DNA of 64,000 nt from a bacterium (GTDB taxonomy: Bacteria > Patescibacteriota > Minisyncoccia > Phycocordibacterales > UBA2100), in contig JAYPJF010000002.1 of NCBI GenBank assembly GCA_038128225.1, forward strand, positions 39,451 to 103,450. The letters run 5' to 3'. Positions 46,436 to 56,614 of the stretch are shown one piece after another. The stretch's first letter is position 1. The number at the start of each line of letters is the position of its first letter. A program made the translations under genes and the position numbers. Below the pieces are notes generated by a model, which was not told the DNA's origin, ran no database searches, and saw only the letters and a program-made list of their open reading frames with translations.

Positions 46436-48572
46436 GGGTAAATGGTGCGATGCGGAGTCGCATGAGCGCGACATGGCAATCACCGTGGCGCTTTTGTACA
46501 CCCCAATGGAAGAGCGAGCCAGTGAGTGCAAGCCACACACTTTTGAGTACGATCGCGGCGATAAGGTATCGATAAAAAAGACGCTGTAACAAGAGTGTTG
46601 TGAACAACAGTCGGTAATGAGGGTGTTTTTCATCGCGTAGCGCAACTGCAGCAATGAGCATGTCGAAAAGTGTATAAGCCAGAAATGGGATGAGTATCAG
46701 CGATATATAAGACTGAGTAACAATTCCAATAATGAGCGCGATATCCAAAAGCGGGAGACACATCGGAAGGAGGACATTGAAGGTTATGGTGTATGGAAGT
46801 ACTAGAAAACCTAGCCACGGCCGAGAAGTCGAGGCAAACCAAGGGAGATACTTCCATACACACTGCACGGTTCCATACATCCAGCGCATCCGCTGCTTGA
46901 AAAATGCGCGAACCGTATGGGGCGTTTCAGTAAACGCATACGCGCGCGCATCATAACGAACCGAATATCCTTCCGAAAGCAGCTTGAATGTAAGATCCTG
47001 GTCTTCCACCACCGTGTCGGTCGAGTATCCTCCAAGACGCTCGATTACGTCCTTGCGCCATGCGCCGAGGGCTCCGGGCACGATATGAACTGCGTTTCCA
47101 AGTGCAAAAACCGTTTTATCAATGTTCTGTCCTTGTGTGTACTCAAGATACTGGAACGCACTCAAAAGGGTTTTGATTGCAGCAGGGTAGATTTTTCCGG
47201 ATACGGCGCCAACATGAGGGTCGCTGAAATGCGTCACCAGGTGTGTGATTGCGTCAGGGGCAACGATTGTATCGGCATCAATGCAGACGACGATGTTGTG
47301 TTGCGCATGGGGAAGTGCAAATGAAAGCGCTTTTGCTTTCGCCCCCTCGTTTTCTTTCTGAAGTAGTCGCAAGTGCGAGCCGATGAATGGAATTAGTGCA
47401 AGTACCCGAGCGCTGGTTTCATCGGTCGAACCGTCGTCGACGACAATTATTTCGTCGCCAGGGCGGATCGCTTTCGCTGCCGAGTGAATGGTCGCCTCGA
47501 TGTTGAGTGCCTCGTTGAAGGCTGGGATGAGCACTGACACCGGCTCGGTATGTGCTTCAAGGGGGGCGCGGCGAGCTCGTGCCCATGGCACATAGAGAAA
47601 ACGTAGAAGGAGAACCGTCCACATACGGGTAAGTCCGAGAATCACCAAAATACCGATAATACCCCAAAGAAGGGATGATCCTTGTGTGTATGCAACAGCG
47701 GCCCCAGCAAGAAGCGCATCCCGCCCAATGCCAAGTGGTGCGGCTGGCATGACATCGGCTTTAGTTAGACCGAGTTGCTGAGAAATTGGCACGAAGGTGT
47801 ATCCTTCAGCTTTCATTGTTGCAATGAATCCAGGGAGCGCCTCAAGTGTCGTTCCGCTTCCAGCCTCTTCGTGAAGAAGCACTACGTTATGTTTGCGATT
47901 TGATTGATTGTACACACCTTCTATAAGGCGTCGCTCGAGGCGCGCTTTCCCAGTTTTCGGGTCCGACTCCAACCAATCAAGTGAATCGATTGTGGTACCA
48001 ATAACAAGAAAACCCGCTTTCTCTGCCCAGCGGAACGCCTCTGCGTTTTGGGTGCTGCCATCGAGTTCCCATGATTCAAAGTCAATCAAAAAAGGAGGGC
48101 GGTATAGATATGATGTATGCCCAGTAATATTCCTCAATACTCGGTCTGCGGCACTTAATTCCGCACGGAGCCGGCGTTCATTGGCATGCACCTCACGAGA
48201 GTGGGTAAATGTGTGGTTCCCGATTTCAAAAAGAGGCGAAGTAGCAACACGGCGAACGATATCCGGATGCTTCACCATATACTCTCCTATGAAGAAAAAA
48301 GTCGCAGGCACGTGTTCGCGTTCGAGAAGGTCGAGAAGCTGTGGCGTATACACTTCGTGTGGGCCGTCATCAAAAGATAACGAGATCCATTTATCGGAGT
48401 TTTCCGCAGTAGTATTTGCGGTGAGTTGTGGCGCAACATGAGTATCGCGCACCACCGCTTCCATTGAATAGGGAATTGAAACTAAAAACAGTATGGTGAT
48501 TCCGATGACCGCACACGCACTAAGGCCGTACACAAACCATTTTCTCCATCCGTGACGGTCATAAAAAATCAT
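46425..48572 (-). CDS. Polysaccharide deacetylase-processive GT2 fusion
   Basis: SFDDGP, GNHTFTH, RPPF; PAFNE, DDGSTD, DAD, VEDQD, QRMRW; TMs. Confidence 0.92.
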   Translation of the reverse strand: MIFYDRHGWRKWFVYGLSACAVIGITILFLVSIPYSMEAVVRDTHVAPQLTANTTAENSDKWISLSFDDGPHEVYTPQLLDLLEREHVPATFFFIGEYMVKHPDIVRRVATSPLFEIGNHTFTHSREVHANERRLRAELSAADRVLRNITGHTSYLYRPPFLIDFESWELDGSTQNAEAFRWAEKAGFLVIGTTIDSLDWLESDPKTGKARLERRLIEGVYNQSNRKHNVVLLHEEAGSGTTLEALPGFIATMKAEGYTFVPISQQLGLTKADVMPAAPLGIGRDALLAGAAVAYTQGSSLLWGIIGILVILGLTRMWTVLLLRFLYVPWARARRAPLEAHTEPVSVLIPAFNEALNIEATIHSAAKAIRPGDEIIVVDDGSTDETSARVLALIPFIGSHLRLLQKENEGAKAKALSFALPHAQHNIVVCIDADTIVAPDAITHLVTHFSDPHVGAVSGKIYPAAIKTLLSAFQYLEYTQGQNIDKTVFALGNAVHIVPGALGAWRKDVIERLGGYSTDTVVEDQDLTFKLLSEGYSVRYDARAYAFTETPHTVRAFFKQRMRWMYGTVQCVWKYLPWFASTSRPWLGFLVLPYTITFNVLLPMCLPLLDIALIIGIVTQSYISLILIPFLAYTLFDMLIAAVALRDEKHPHYRLLFTTLLLQRLFYRYLIAAIVLKSVWLALTGSLFHWGVQKRHGDCHVALMRLRIAPFTLNG

Positions 48573-48660
48573 GCAACATCAGCCTATCATAAGCGCCACC
48601 ACGAAACGTCAATCACAACACGGGTTTGGTATCAGGCAATGATTGTTGTACTATATGCAG

Positions 48661-48993
48661 ATGATCATAAAACAGCTCTTGGTGTCGGTCGTAGCAATTT
48701 TTCTTGGTGCATACCTCATTCCCGGTGTCAGTATTACCGTTGCGGGTGCGCTAGTGCTTTCGCTTGTTTTAGGAATCATCAACATGTTCATTAAGCCTAT
48801 CGTGCAGCTTGTGGCTTTGCCGCTCACCATCATGACATTCGGGCTTTTTGCACTCGTCATTAATGCGCTTTTGATCATGCTCGCCGATTATTTTGTGGCA
48901 GGCTTTGCGGTTTCTGGTTTTTGGGTGGCGCTCTTGTTTGCGCTGCTTATATCAGTTGTGACCGCATTGTTCGGCTCCTTCATTCGCGGGTAA
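48661..48993 (+). CDS. 4-TM phage-holin-family (YvlD/DUF360-like) membrane protein
   Basis: IN.FIKPI...LPLTIMTFGLF.LVINA. Confidence 0.85.
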   Translation: MIIKQLLVSVVAIFLGAYLIPGVSITVAGALVLSLVLGIINMFIKPIVQLVALPLTIMTFGLFALVINALLIMLADYFVAGFAVSGFWVALLFALLISVVTALFGSFIRG

Positions 48994-49057
48994 TAAATCT
49001 CAGTTCATTCACTGCGCTCTAATTGCTGGAGTGCGCTAGAGGTGATACGGTTTAGCT

Positions 49058-49966
49058 ATGCAAAAAACGATTATAGGCGTACTCGTTCTTGGAATCATTG
49101 CAGGCGGAATATACGTTGCGCTCAAGAACGCGTCCCTCGTGGAAAACGTAGACTCTTCTCGAAGCGCTGAGACTGCACTGAAACGTACAACTATCGACAT
49201 GTCCGAATTTGGCGCTGGCATGGTTACACTTACCGACGGGGAAGCCACATTCAAAGTGGATGGTCAGGAGACCCCCACCGGATATGTTTCAGTGAACGGC
49301 GCGCGCGGGGAGATTCGCAGTGGCGACGACAGTGAATTTTTTGTGCCGATGAGTGTGAGTGGTGGCGGTACTGGAGTGTTTCAATTTCTCGTTCACTTTA
49401 CATATGAACATGACACTGATCAAGTTGTCGAACGGCAGCGCATACTACTCGGAGATCGAATTTTGGTAACCGCAATCAATGTTGAACAAACTGCACCGAC
49501 CGCATACGAAGTCTTAGTTTCGGTGAAGGATCGTGGCGTGTTCGACGCAATGGCTTCAGTGCCATCACAGGATCGGGTATTACACTTTAAGAGAGGAAGT
49601 GACGGGCAGTTTGAACTTGCGCACGTCATTTACGGAACGCTCGAAGACTACACTATAGTTGTCGTGTGGCCCTTGCCCAATGCACAAGTCGGCAAATCGT
49701 TTACGGTGCAGGGGGCAGCGCGCGGGCCGTGGTATTTTGAGGCTAGTTTTCCGGCGGTGGTAAAAAATGCGGAGGGAGACATTGTCGGACAAGGTATTGC
49801 CCAAGCTGAAGGAGAGTGGATGACTGAAGAACTTGTTCCTTTTGTGGCGCCGGTCACTTTGCCTGACGATGCCCACGGCGTATACGCGCTTGTACTCCAA
49901 AAGGACAACCCTTCCGGATTGCCTGAGAACGAGGCGTCAATCGAGTTTCCAATTTTCGTACAATAA
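49058..49966 (+). CDS. Gmad2 Ig-like domain protein
   Basis: G.ARGPWYFEASFP, WMTEELVPF, KDNPSGLPEN. Confidence 0.85.
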   Translation: MQKTIIGVLVLGIIAGGIYVALKNASLVENVDSSRSAETALKRTTIDMSEFGAGMVTLTDGEATFKVDGQETPTGYVSVNGARGEIRSGDDSEFFVPMSVSGGGTGVFQFLVHFTYEHDTDQVVERQRILLGDRILVTAINVEQTAPTAYEVLVSVKDRGVFDAMASVPSQDRVLHFKRGSDGQFELAHVIYGTLEDYTIVVVWPLPNAQVGKSFTVQGAARGPWYFEASFPAVVKNAEGDIVGQGIAQAEGEWMTEELVPFVAPVTLPDDAHGVYALVLQKDNPSGLPENEASIEFPIFVQ

Positions 49967-50020
49967 CCCAAGGAAACTTGTCCTATTGACCTACCGCTTT
50001 CCAAGCGGTACGTTTTCAAT

Positions 50021-50115
50021 AGCCGCGGCGTCTTTCTCGTTTTCCTGGCGCCCGGCCCTCTCTTAGGAGAGGTTCCTCCCACAACTTGGGCCGTCTGTGC
50101 GACGGCCCATTTTTT
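50021..50115 (+). ncRNA. Candidate sRNA
   Basis: TTGACC-17-TACGTT promoter, two hairpins, CCTCCC tract, terminator plus T6. Confidence 0.45.
50087..50115 (+). terminator. Intrinsic terminator
   Basis: TGGGCCGTC-tgtgc-GACGGCCCA-TTTTTT. Confidence 0.8.
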
Positions 50116-50132
50116 CGTGATATAGTCAGCGT

Positions 50133-51371
50133 ATGCAGCTTTCTGAAATACTTACTGCACGGGGTTTTGTGCACCAGTATTCAACTAAAACACTTGGTGA
50201 AATTACCGACGGTGACGCACGTGTTGTCTATTTGGGAGTTGATCCAACGGCGGATTCAATACATGTGGGAAACCTTGCGGGGTTTATGATGCTCCGTCAT
50301 TTTGTTGAACATGGGCACAGGATAGTTCTTTTGATCGGCGGAGGAACAGGAATGATTGGAGACCCAAAACCCGATGTTGAACGCCCGCTCACGCCACCTG
50401 AAGAAGTTGCGGGGCGAGCTGAAAAAATAAAAAAACAAGCGCAACGCCTTTTTGGGGGAGTGGAAGTTGAAGTGGTCAACAATCATGATTGGCTCTCGAA
50501 ACTTGACCTCATTTCATTTCTACGCGACATCGGCAAGCACTTTACCGTGAACGCGCTCATGAAAAAGGACGCAATCGCGGCGCGCCTAAAAAGTGAAGAA
50601 GGGATCTCGTACACGGAGTTCGCGTACCCACTTTTGCAGGCATACGATTTTTGGCACCTCTTTAAAGAAAAATCATGCACCGTACAAATTGGCGGATCAG
50701 ATCAGTGGGGGAATATCACTGCGGGGGTTGAGCTTATCAGACGAAAAGAAAACGCCGCGGCGTTTGCGCTCACCCTGCCTCTTATTGTGGATAAAAGTGG
50801 AAAAAAGTTTGGAAAAAGTGAAGGAAATGCCGTGTGGCTGGATGCGACAAAAACAACCCCATTTGCTTTCTATCAGTTTTGGCTCCAAGTTGATGACGAC
50901 CAAGTAGAGGCACTCTTGAAACAATTTACATTGCTTTCGCTTAGCGACATTGAACATATGATTGCCGAGCATGTAAAAGATCCAGGAAAGCGCGCAGCTC
51001 AGAAAGCTCTTGCGCATGCAGTTACTGAGCTCGTGCACGGCAAACCAGAAGCGGATGCAATTGCGCGCGCGTCGGAAATTTTGTATAGTACGGACACAAT
51101 TCAAGTTACCCCTGTGGAGCGAGAAGTGTTGCTCGCACAAGCGCCTAAAACACATGTTGCAGAAGGGGATTCAATTGTCGACGTGCTTGTTGCAGTAGGA
51201 TTTGCAACTTCGAAACGAGAAGCACGCGAGTTTCTTGATAATGGCAGCGTGACCTTGCAAGGAAAAAAAATAGGCAGTGAGTACGTGCTTACCGATAAGG
51301 ACTTTGTTGAAGAGTTTGCGATTTTGCGGCGTGGCAAACGCAACTCGTGTCTACTTACAACGGTGTTATGA
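50133..51371 (+). CDS. tyrS: Tyrosine--tRNA ligase
   Basis: GVDPTADSIHVGN, QIGGSDQWGN, KFGKS, C-terminal S4 domain. Confidence 0.98.
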   Translation: MQLSEILTARGFVHQYSTKTLGEITDGDARVVYLGVDPTADSIHVGNLAGFMMLRHFVEHGHRIVLLIGGGTGMIGDPKPDVERPLTPPEEVAGRAEKIKKQAQRLFGGVEVEVVNNHDWLSKLDLISFLRDIGKHFTVNALMKKDAIAARLKSEEGISYTEFAYPLLQAYDFWHLFKEKSCTVQIGGSDQWGNITAGVELIRRKENAAAFALTLPLIVDKSGKKFGKSEGNAVWLDATKTTPFAFYQFWLQVDDDQVEALLKQFTLLSLSDIEHMIAEHVKDPGKRAAQKALAHAVTELVHGKPEADAIARASEILYSTDTIQVTPVEREVLLAQAPKTHVAEGDSIVDVLVAVGFATSKREAREFLDNGSVTLQGKKIGSEYVLTDKDFVEEFAILRRGKRNSCLLTTVL

Positions 51372-51838
51372 GACAAGAGCGACCGGCTCCACAGGACCCT
51401 GGAGTTTCAGGTCCTGGTGACGTGACGCACTCCGAAATCATTCTTCCGCGCTCTGGTGAGAATAAAGAACAAACAGAGGAGCGACGGCGTTTGCTCAAAC
51501 TACTCAGCGTTTTCAGAACGCAGGCACCAGACTATATTCCGCAAACGCACGGGAAAACGATGCCGCGCGAAAATTTCATTCACGGTTTGCAAACGCTCAT
51601 AGCACAGGAACCGGCAGAGGTGGGGAAGTTTGTATTGTATCGATGGTTCTCTTTTTGGAGTAACAACGCAGATCAGGAAGTGTGGCACAGCATGATCGAT
51701 AAGTTGGGTATTCCTGTGGATAGTCGAAAGGTGCTGGATGAGGCAATCAGTAAAAAGCTGAGTAATAGAGAGACCCTGGAATGGGTCAGCAAAAATTACC
51801 CTCGTCTCGATTTCGGATCGGTTCCGCTAGAACAGTAA
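51368..51838 (+). CDS. Hypothetical protein
   Basis: ATGA overlap with the tyrS stop. Confidence 0.6.
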   Translation: MRQERPAPQDPGVSGPGDVTHSEIILPRSGENKEQTEERRRLLKLLSVFRTQAPDYIPQTHGKTMPRENFIHGLQTLIAQEPAEVGKFVLYRWFSFWSNNADQEVWHSMIDKLGIPVDSRKVLDEAISKKLSNRETLEWVSKNYPRLDFGSVPLEQ

Positions 51839-51898
51839 TTCTTGACTCGCACACTGTTCGTCATAGAATGTGAGTGTTAAAAGCTAACAAAACATTGT

Positions 51899-52321
51899 AT
51901 GTCGTCACTTATCAGGTGGGAACCATTCGATGAATTTGATCGCTTTTTTAACGATCGTTTGCCTAGCATGATGCAACAGTTTCCGTCGGTCAGCTGGGAT
52001 TTGGCAGTAGATCTCTACGAAGAGGGTGATGTGCTGATCGCAGAGATGCAAATTCCGGGGATGGACAAAGAATTGATTAAAGTTGCGATTAAAGATGGAC
52101 ATCTGCGTGTTTCCGGCGTTCGCGAAGAGAAAAAAGAAGAGAAGAAGAAAAATTATTTCCATCGCGAAATGCGACGCGGTTCGTTCGAGCGCACAATCAA
52201 GCTCCCGGTTTCGGTAGATAAGAAAAAAGTGAAAGCAGAGTACAAAGGGGGTATATTAAAAGTAATGATGCCTAAAGCCGACGCGAAAGAAGATGAGGTA
52301 AAGGTATCGGTAGCAGAATAA
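51899..52321 (+). CDS. Hsp20/alpha-crystallin chaperone
   Basis: RWEPF, VDLYE, GSFERTIKLP, AEYKGGIL. Confidence 0.95.
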   Translation: MSSLIRWEPFDEFDRFFNDRLPSMMQQFPSVSWDLAVDLYEEGDVLIAEMQIPGMDKELIKVAIKDGHLRVSGVREEKKEEKKKNYFHREMRRGSFERTIKLPVSVDKKKVKAEYKGGILKVMMPKADAKEDEVKVSVAE

Positions 52322-52323
52322 GT

Positions 52324-52788
52324 ATGATGAACTGGTACATGATTGGAGGGGCTGTAGTCCTTGCGTTGATCGTGTTCGGAACGTGGTTTTATTCAAAAAA
52401 TTCAAACCTCATGGCAAACAGTGATGTGAACGCTCAAGTTGCAGCGGCAGCTGCACAAGGCTTAAAGCTCGAAGATGTAACCGTAGGAGCAGGTGACGAA
52501 GCGCAAACAGGGCAAACTGTCGCGGTACACTATGTGGGCAAGCTTCAAGACGGCACGGTGTTTGATTCTTCCGTTGCGCGCGGTACACCATTTACATTCA
52601 CGCTGGGCACGGGGCAAGTGATTAAAGGATGGGATCAGGGTGTTGCCGGCATGCGGGTCGGTGGCGTTCGTAAGTTAGAAATTCCACCCGAGCTTGGATA
52701 TGGCGATCGTGACTTGGGCGCAATTCCTCCTAATTCAACGTTGTTCTTTGACGTTGAGCTTTTGGGCGTCGTTGATTCAAAAGGATAA
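52324..52788 (+). CDS. FKBP-type peptidyl-prolyl isomerase
   Basis: VHYVG, FDSS, VIKGWDQG, IPPELGYG, IPPNSTL.FDVEL. Confidence 0.96.
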   Translation: MMNWYMIGGAVVLALIVFGTWFYSKNSNLMANSDVNAQVAAAAAQGLKLEDVTVGAGDEAQTGQTVAVHYVGKLQDGTVFDSSVARGTPFTFTLGTGQVIKGWDQGVAGMRVGGVRKLEIPPELGYGDRDLGAIPPNSTLFFDVELLGVVDSKG

Positions 52789-52811
52789 TTCTTCAAGAAG
52801 AAACGCAAACA

Positions 52812-52837
52812 GAAACGGCGGCCTTGGCCGCCGTTTC
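52812..52837. terminator. GC hairpin between convergent genes
   Basis: GAAACGGCGGCC-tt-GGCCGCCGTTTC. Confidence 0.65.
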
Positions 52838-52843
52838 GCGTGA

Positions 52844-53257
52844 CTATTCGTCGCAGTCGTCGTCGAAGTTGACTGCGGCGAATGCGCGTGTCGCTATACA
52901 CTCCGCGCATGACTCGGGGACCTCAAGCTCATGCAGTGCCCTCACAGCGCTTGCGCGCGCTTCGTCGATTGCGTCGCCAGCATCGTGAGTTCCGCACTCC
53001 CACAAGCTGTCATCATCCAAAAAGGTGTATGCAACCGAAATACCGGTTTTCACGCAATTCTTCAGACGCTCGAGCCGTTCTATGACCGCGACCGGCGCTT
53101 TCCTAAGCGCAAGTTGTGCCGCACGCTTGGGGCGCTTCTTTTCGGGGGCCCATGCATGGAATATCAAACTCGCCGAAGGCAGAAGCCCGCTGATGGGGTT
53201 TGTTTCCACACAGCGCTTGTTCCCGCACGGGCGATTGATTTTTTCGAGCCTCATCAC
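52844..53257 (-). CDS. Hypothetical protein (orphan)
   Basis: AGGAGG SD; TTGCCA-16-TATAGT promoter. Confidence 0.6.
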   Translation of the reverse strand: MMRLEKINRPCGNKRCVETNPISGLLPSASLIFHAWAPEKKRPKRAAQLALRKAPVAVIERLERLKNCVKTGISVAYTFLDDDSLWECGTHDAGDAIDEARASAVRALHELEVPESCAECIATRAFAAVNFDDDCDE

Positions 53258-53380
53258 ACCCTCCTCTTTTACCCAAAATCACTATACAATCGAAACAAGA
53301 TTTGGCAATGACGGACCATACTCACGTAGTTGATAAGTGAAAAAGTTGCATTTTAGAGGTTTTCTCAGCACACTGGGTAT

Positions 53381-55405
53381 ATGAATTTTAAGCTTGAGTC
53401 GTCGTATGCGCCGGCAGGCGACCAGCCAAAGGCGATCGAATCCCTAGTTGACGGACTGCATGCAGGTAAAAATCACCAAACATTGCTTGGCGTGACTGGT
53501 TCAGGGAAAACATTCACGGTTGGAAATGTCATTGCGCGCATTGATAAACCCACCTTGGTTATCGCGCACAACAAGACGCTTGCGGCGCAACTTGCTGCAG
53601 AGTATCGGGAGTTCTTTCCGCACAGTGCAGTGCACTATTTTGTTTCCTACTATGACTACTATCAGCCGGAGGCGTATGTGCCGGTTTCAGATACTTACAT
53701 CGAAAAGGAGGCAATGGTGAACGAAGACATTGAGCGACTTCGGCACGCGGCGACGCAGGCACTACTTACGCGCAAGGATGTGATCATTGTGGCGTCAGTT
53801 TCGTGCATTTATGGCCTCGGATCGCCCGAGGAATATGAGAAAGTAAATCTAAAGCTTGTAGTGGGAGAAAAACAATCGCGCTCAGATTTAATTCGTGCGC
53901 TTGTCGGGATATATTTTGAACGCACCAATGCGGACCTTTCTCCTGGCACATTCCGCGCTCTCGGAAACACTGTTGAAGTGATGCCTGCGAACGAGCGCGC
54001 ACTGTATCGCATCCAGCTCAGTCCGGCAGGTATCGCGCGCATCGAAGAACAAGACCCGCTTACGCGAAAGACGACGGTGGAACATTCTTCACTTTTTATT
54101 TTTCCCGCGCGGCACTACGTAACACCAAAAGATATACAAGATGCAGCTGTAAGCGACATTGAAGCCGAGCTTGCTCAACAGCTTTCGCTGTTCGAAAAAC
54201 AAGGAAAGTTACTGGAAGCTGACCGTCTAAAACGTCGCACCAAGCAAGATATTGCAATGATTCGCGAATTTGGGTATTGCAACGGCATTGAAAATTACTC
54301 GCGGCACTTTGATCGGCGCAAATCAGGGGAGCCGCCCTACACCTTGCTCTCGTATTTTCCGCGCACTAAAGAGGGGGGCGCCGATTTTCTTACGGTCATC
54401 GATGAGTCTCATGTCACCGTACCGCAAATTGGGGGTATGTATGCAGGTGATCGCTCGCGCAAAAACGTGCTTGTGGAACACGGATTTCGGCTGCCCAGTG
54501 CCGTTGACAACCGGCCGCTCACGTTTGATGAATTTTCTGCGCGTGTAGGGCAAGTAATTTATACGAGTGCCACACCTGCAGAGTACGAACGCATTAAAAG
54601 TGGCAAGCCAGTCGAAATGATTGTACGGCCAACAGGACTTGTTGACCCTGAAATATGCGTGCGCCCCGTGATCGAAAAAGGAAGTTATCCAGGACAAGTA
54701 CATGACTTTATCAACGAGGCTGACGCAACAACAAAGCGCGGCGCTCGCTCAATGGTAACGGTACTAACCAAAAAGATGGCGGAAGACCTCGCTGCATTTC
54801 TGATTGAGCGGGGTATTAAAGCAAAATATTTACATAGCGATGTTAAAACGGTTGAGCGCATAGAAATTCTTACCGACTTTCGCAAAGGGGTGTTCGATGT
54901 GCTTGTCGGAGTGAACCTGCTGCGCGAAGGACTTGATTTGCCCGAAGTTGAATTAGTGGGCATTCTTGACGCCGACAAAGAAGGATTCTTGCGGAGTGAG
55001 ACATCACTGATTCAAACTATCGGCCGCGCGGCGCGAAATGTACACGGACGGGTATTGCTGTATGCCGACACAATGACTGGTTCGCTTGAGCGCGCGATTG
55101 GTGAGACAGAGCGACGTCGCGTGCTGCAGAAAGCGTACAATGAAAAACATGGCATCACGCCGCAAACTATCAAAAAGAAAATCGCAGACATTACCGGAGA
55201 TATTCAAAAAGCGCGCGCCAAGGCTATAACAAAACTTTCCGAACTTGACCAAAAGGCGTATGAAGGAAAATCGCTTGCTCAAATCATTGAGGCAAAGCGA
55301 CGCGAAATGCATGATGCCGCCGACGATCTCGACTTCGAGACCGCAGCGATTCTTCGAGATGAGATTCATGAGCTGGAAAAGCGTGCTCCGAAATCAAAAA
55401 AGTAA
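53381..55405 (+). CDS. uvrB: Excinuclease ABC subunit B
   Basis: GVTGSGKT, YYDYYQPEAY, DESH, QTIGRAAR. Confidence 0.98.
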   Translation: MNFKLESSYAPAGDQPKAIESLVDGLHAGKNHQTLLGVTGSGKTFTVGNVIARIDKPTLVIAHNKTLAAQLAAEYREFFPHSAVHYFVSYYDYYQPEAYVPVSDTYIEKEAMVNEDIERLRHAATQALLTRKDVIIVASVSCIYGLGSPEEYEKVNLKLVVGEKQSRSDLIRALVGIYFERTNADLSPGTFRALGNTVEVMPANERALYRIQLSPAGIARIEEQDPLTRKTTVEHSSLFIFPARHYVTPKDIQDAAVSDIEAELAQQLSLFEKQGKLLEADRLKRRTKQDIAMIREFGYCNGIENYSRHFDRRKSGEPPYTLLSYFPRTKEGGADFLTVIDESHVTVPQIGGMYAGDRSRKNVLVEHGFRLPSAVDNRPLTFDEFSARVGQVIYTSATPAEYERIKSGKPVEMIVRPTGLVDPEICVRPVIEKGSYPGQVHDFINEADATTKRGARSMVTVLTKKMAEDLAAFLIERGIKAKYLHSDVKTVERIEILTDFRKGVFDVLVGVNLLREGLDLPEVELVGILDADKEGFLRSETSLIQTIGRAARNVHGRVLLYADTMTGSLERAIGETERRRVLQKAYNEKHGITPQTIKKKIADITGDIQKARAKAITKLSELDQKAYEGKSLAQIIEAKRREMHDAADDLDFETAAILRDEIHELEKRAPKSKK

Positions 55406-55480
55406 ATTTGGCGCTGAGGCATTTCTTCAAACAACGGTGCTCTTGATGTTTTTTGATGCCGTGTGCTAAGCTAGCGCCTC

Positions 55481-56614
55481 ATGCGAATTGTAATGGTTGC
55501 ATCGCCATGGTTAGGGGGAAGCGGAACCGTCGCCTCTCGTTTGGCTCGCGCCCTTGCGAGAAACGAACATGTGGTGCGGCTTGTTACGTATCCAACGGCG
55601 AGCTCCGCACAAACTAATGCGGAAATGCCTGCAAGTCTTGTTGAGCCGTTTGAATTTCCCTTGTTTCCGTTCCCGTTATACGAGCTTGCGCTTGCGGAAA
55701 AAATTGCGGAGGAAGTGCTTTCAATTAACGCCGAAGTTATCCATGCGCATTACGGGATACTTTTTGGTCACGCGGCCTTTTTAGCACAACAGAGTTTGCG
55801 GATTCGAGGCTACGAAGTACCGATTGTGCTTACATTGCACGGAACAGATGTGCTCGGGCTTGATCTCGCTCGCCCTGGCGCAGTTGCTCCCAAGCATCTT
55901 AATACGCTCATCATTCGCTCCGCCGATGCAGTCTCGGCGGTGTCAGATAATTTGGCAGCGTACGCAAAAGATCTTTATGGGGTCGCCAACTCACATATAC
56001 ATGTAGTACACAACGCTATAAATACAAAGGTTTTCTCGCCACAATTTGATGTTGAGCGCTCGTGCGAGAACCCAATAGTAATCCACGCTTCTAATTTTCG
56101 CTCCGTCAAACGCCCGCTGCTTGTTCTTGAGGTGTTTGAACTTCTGCGAAAAAAGCGAGCAGTTCAGATGCGGTTTGTCGGCGAAGGTCCAGAACTCAGC
56201 GCGGTAAAAGAACAAGTACGCATTCGTTCAATTCCCGATGTAAGTTTTTCTGGGGTCCTTTCTGAGCGCGAACTTGCAAAAAGTTTTGCGCGCAGCCGAG
56301 CGCTTATTTTGCCGTCAACTTATGAAAGTTTCTCCCTCGTAGCACTTGAAGCACACGCGACCGGTACGCCTGTTGTTGCGTCACGGGTAGGAGGGATCGA
56401 TGAGGTTGTGCGCCATGAAGAAACAGGTTACTTGGTTGATCCTTGCGCGCCTGCATCAGTGTACGCTGCTACTGTAGAACGAATCCTCTCAGCTTCTCCA
56501 CATGAGTATCAGCGCATGAGCGACGCGGCATGGGAACATGCGCGGAAATTTGATGAAGAGATAATTACCGCACAATATCTCTCATTGTATCAACGTACGC
56601 TTAAAAAAGATTAG
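55481..56614 (+). CDS. bshA: BshA-like GT4 glycosyltransferase (GlcNAc-malate synthase)
   Basis: P.LGGSG.VA, FPLF..PLYELALA, HAHY, TLHGTD, H.SNFR.VKR, ESFSLVALEA. Confidence 0.8.
   Translation: MRIVMVASPWLGGSGTVASRLARALARNEHVVRLVTYPTASSAQTNAEMPASLVEPFEFPLFPFPLYELALAEKIAEEVLSINAEVIHAHYGILFGHAAFLAQQSLRIRGYEVPIVLTLHGTDVLGLDLARPGAVAPKHLNTLIIRSADAVSAVSDNLAAYAKDLYGVANSHIHVVHNAINTKVFSPQFDVERSCENPIVIHASNFRSVKRPLLVLEVFELLRKKRAVQMRFVGEGPELSAVKEQVRIRSIPDVSFSGVLSERELAKSFARSRALILPSTYESFSLVALEAHATGTPVVASRVGGIDEVVRHEETGYLVDPCAPASVYAATVERILSASPHEYQRMSDAAWEHARKFDEEIITAQYLSLYQRTLKKD

Noticed and set aside
48661-48993. Prophage suggested by the holin-family gene
   Set aside because: This 4-TM family is commonly chromosomal, and no terminase, capsid, integrase or lysin genes lie nearby.
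49967-50132. T-box riboswitch for tyrS
   Set aside because: Too short, no TGGnACC T-box consensus, and tyrS has its own -10 after the terminator.
51842-51880. CIRCE element upstream of hsp20
   Set aside because: Only a right half-site (GAGTGTTAA) is present; there is no TTAGCACTC at N9 spacing.
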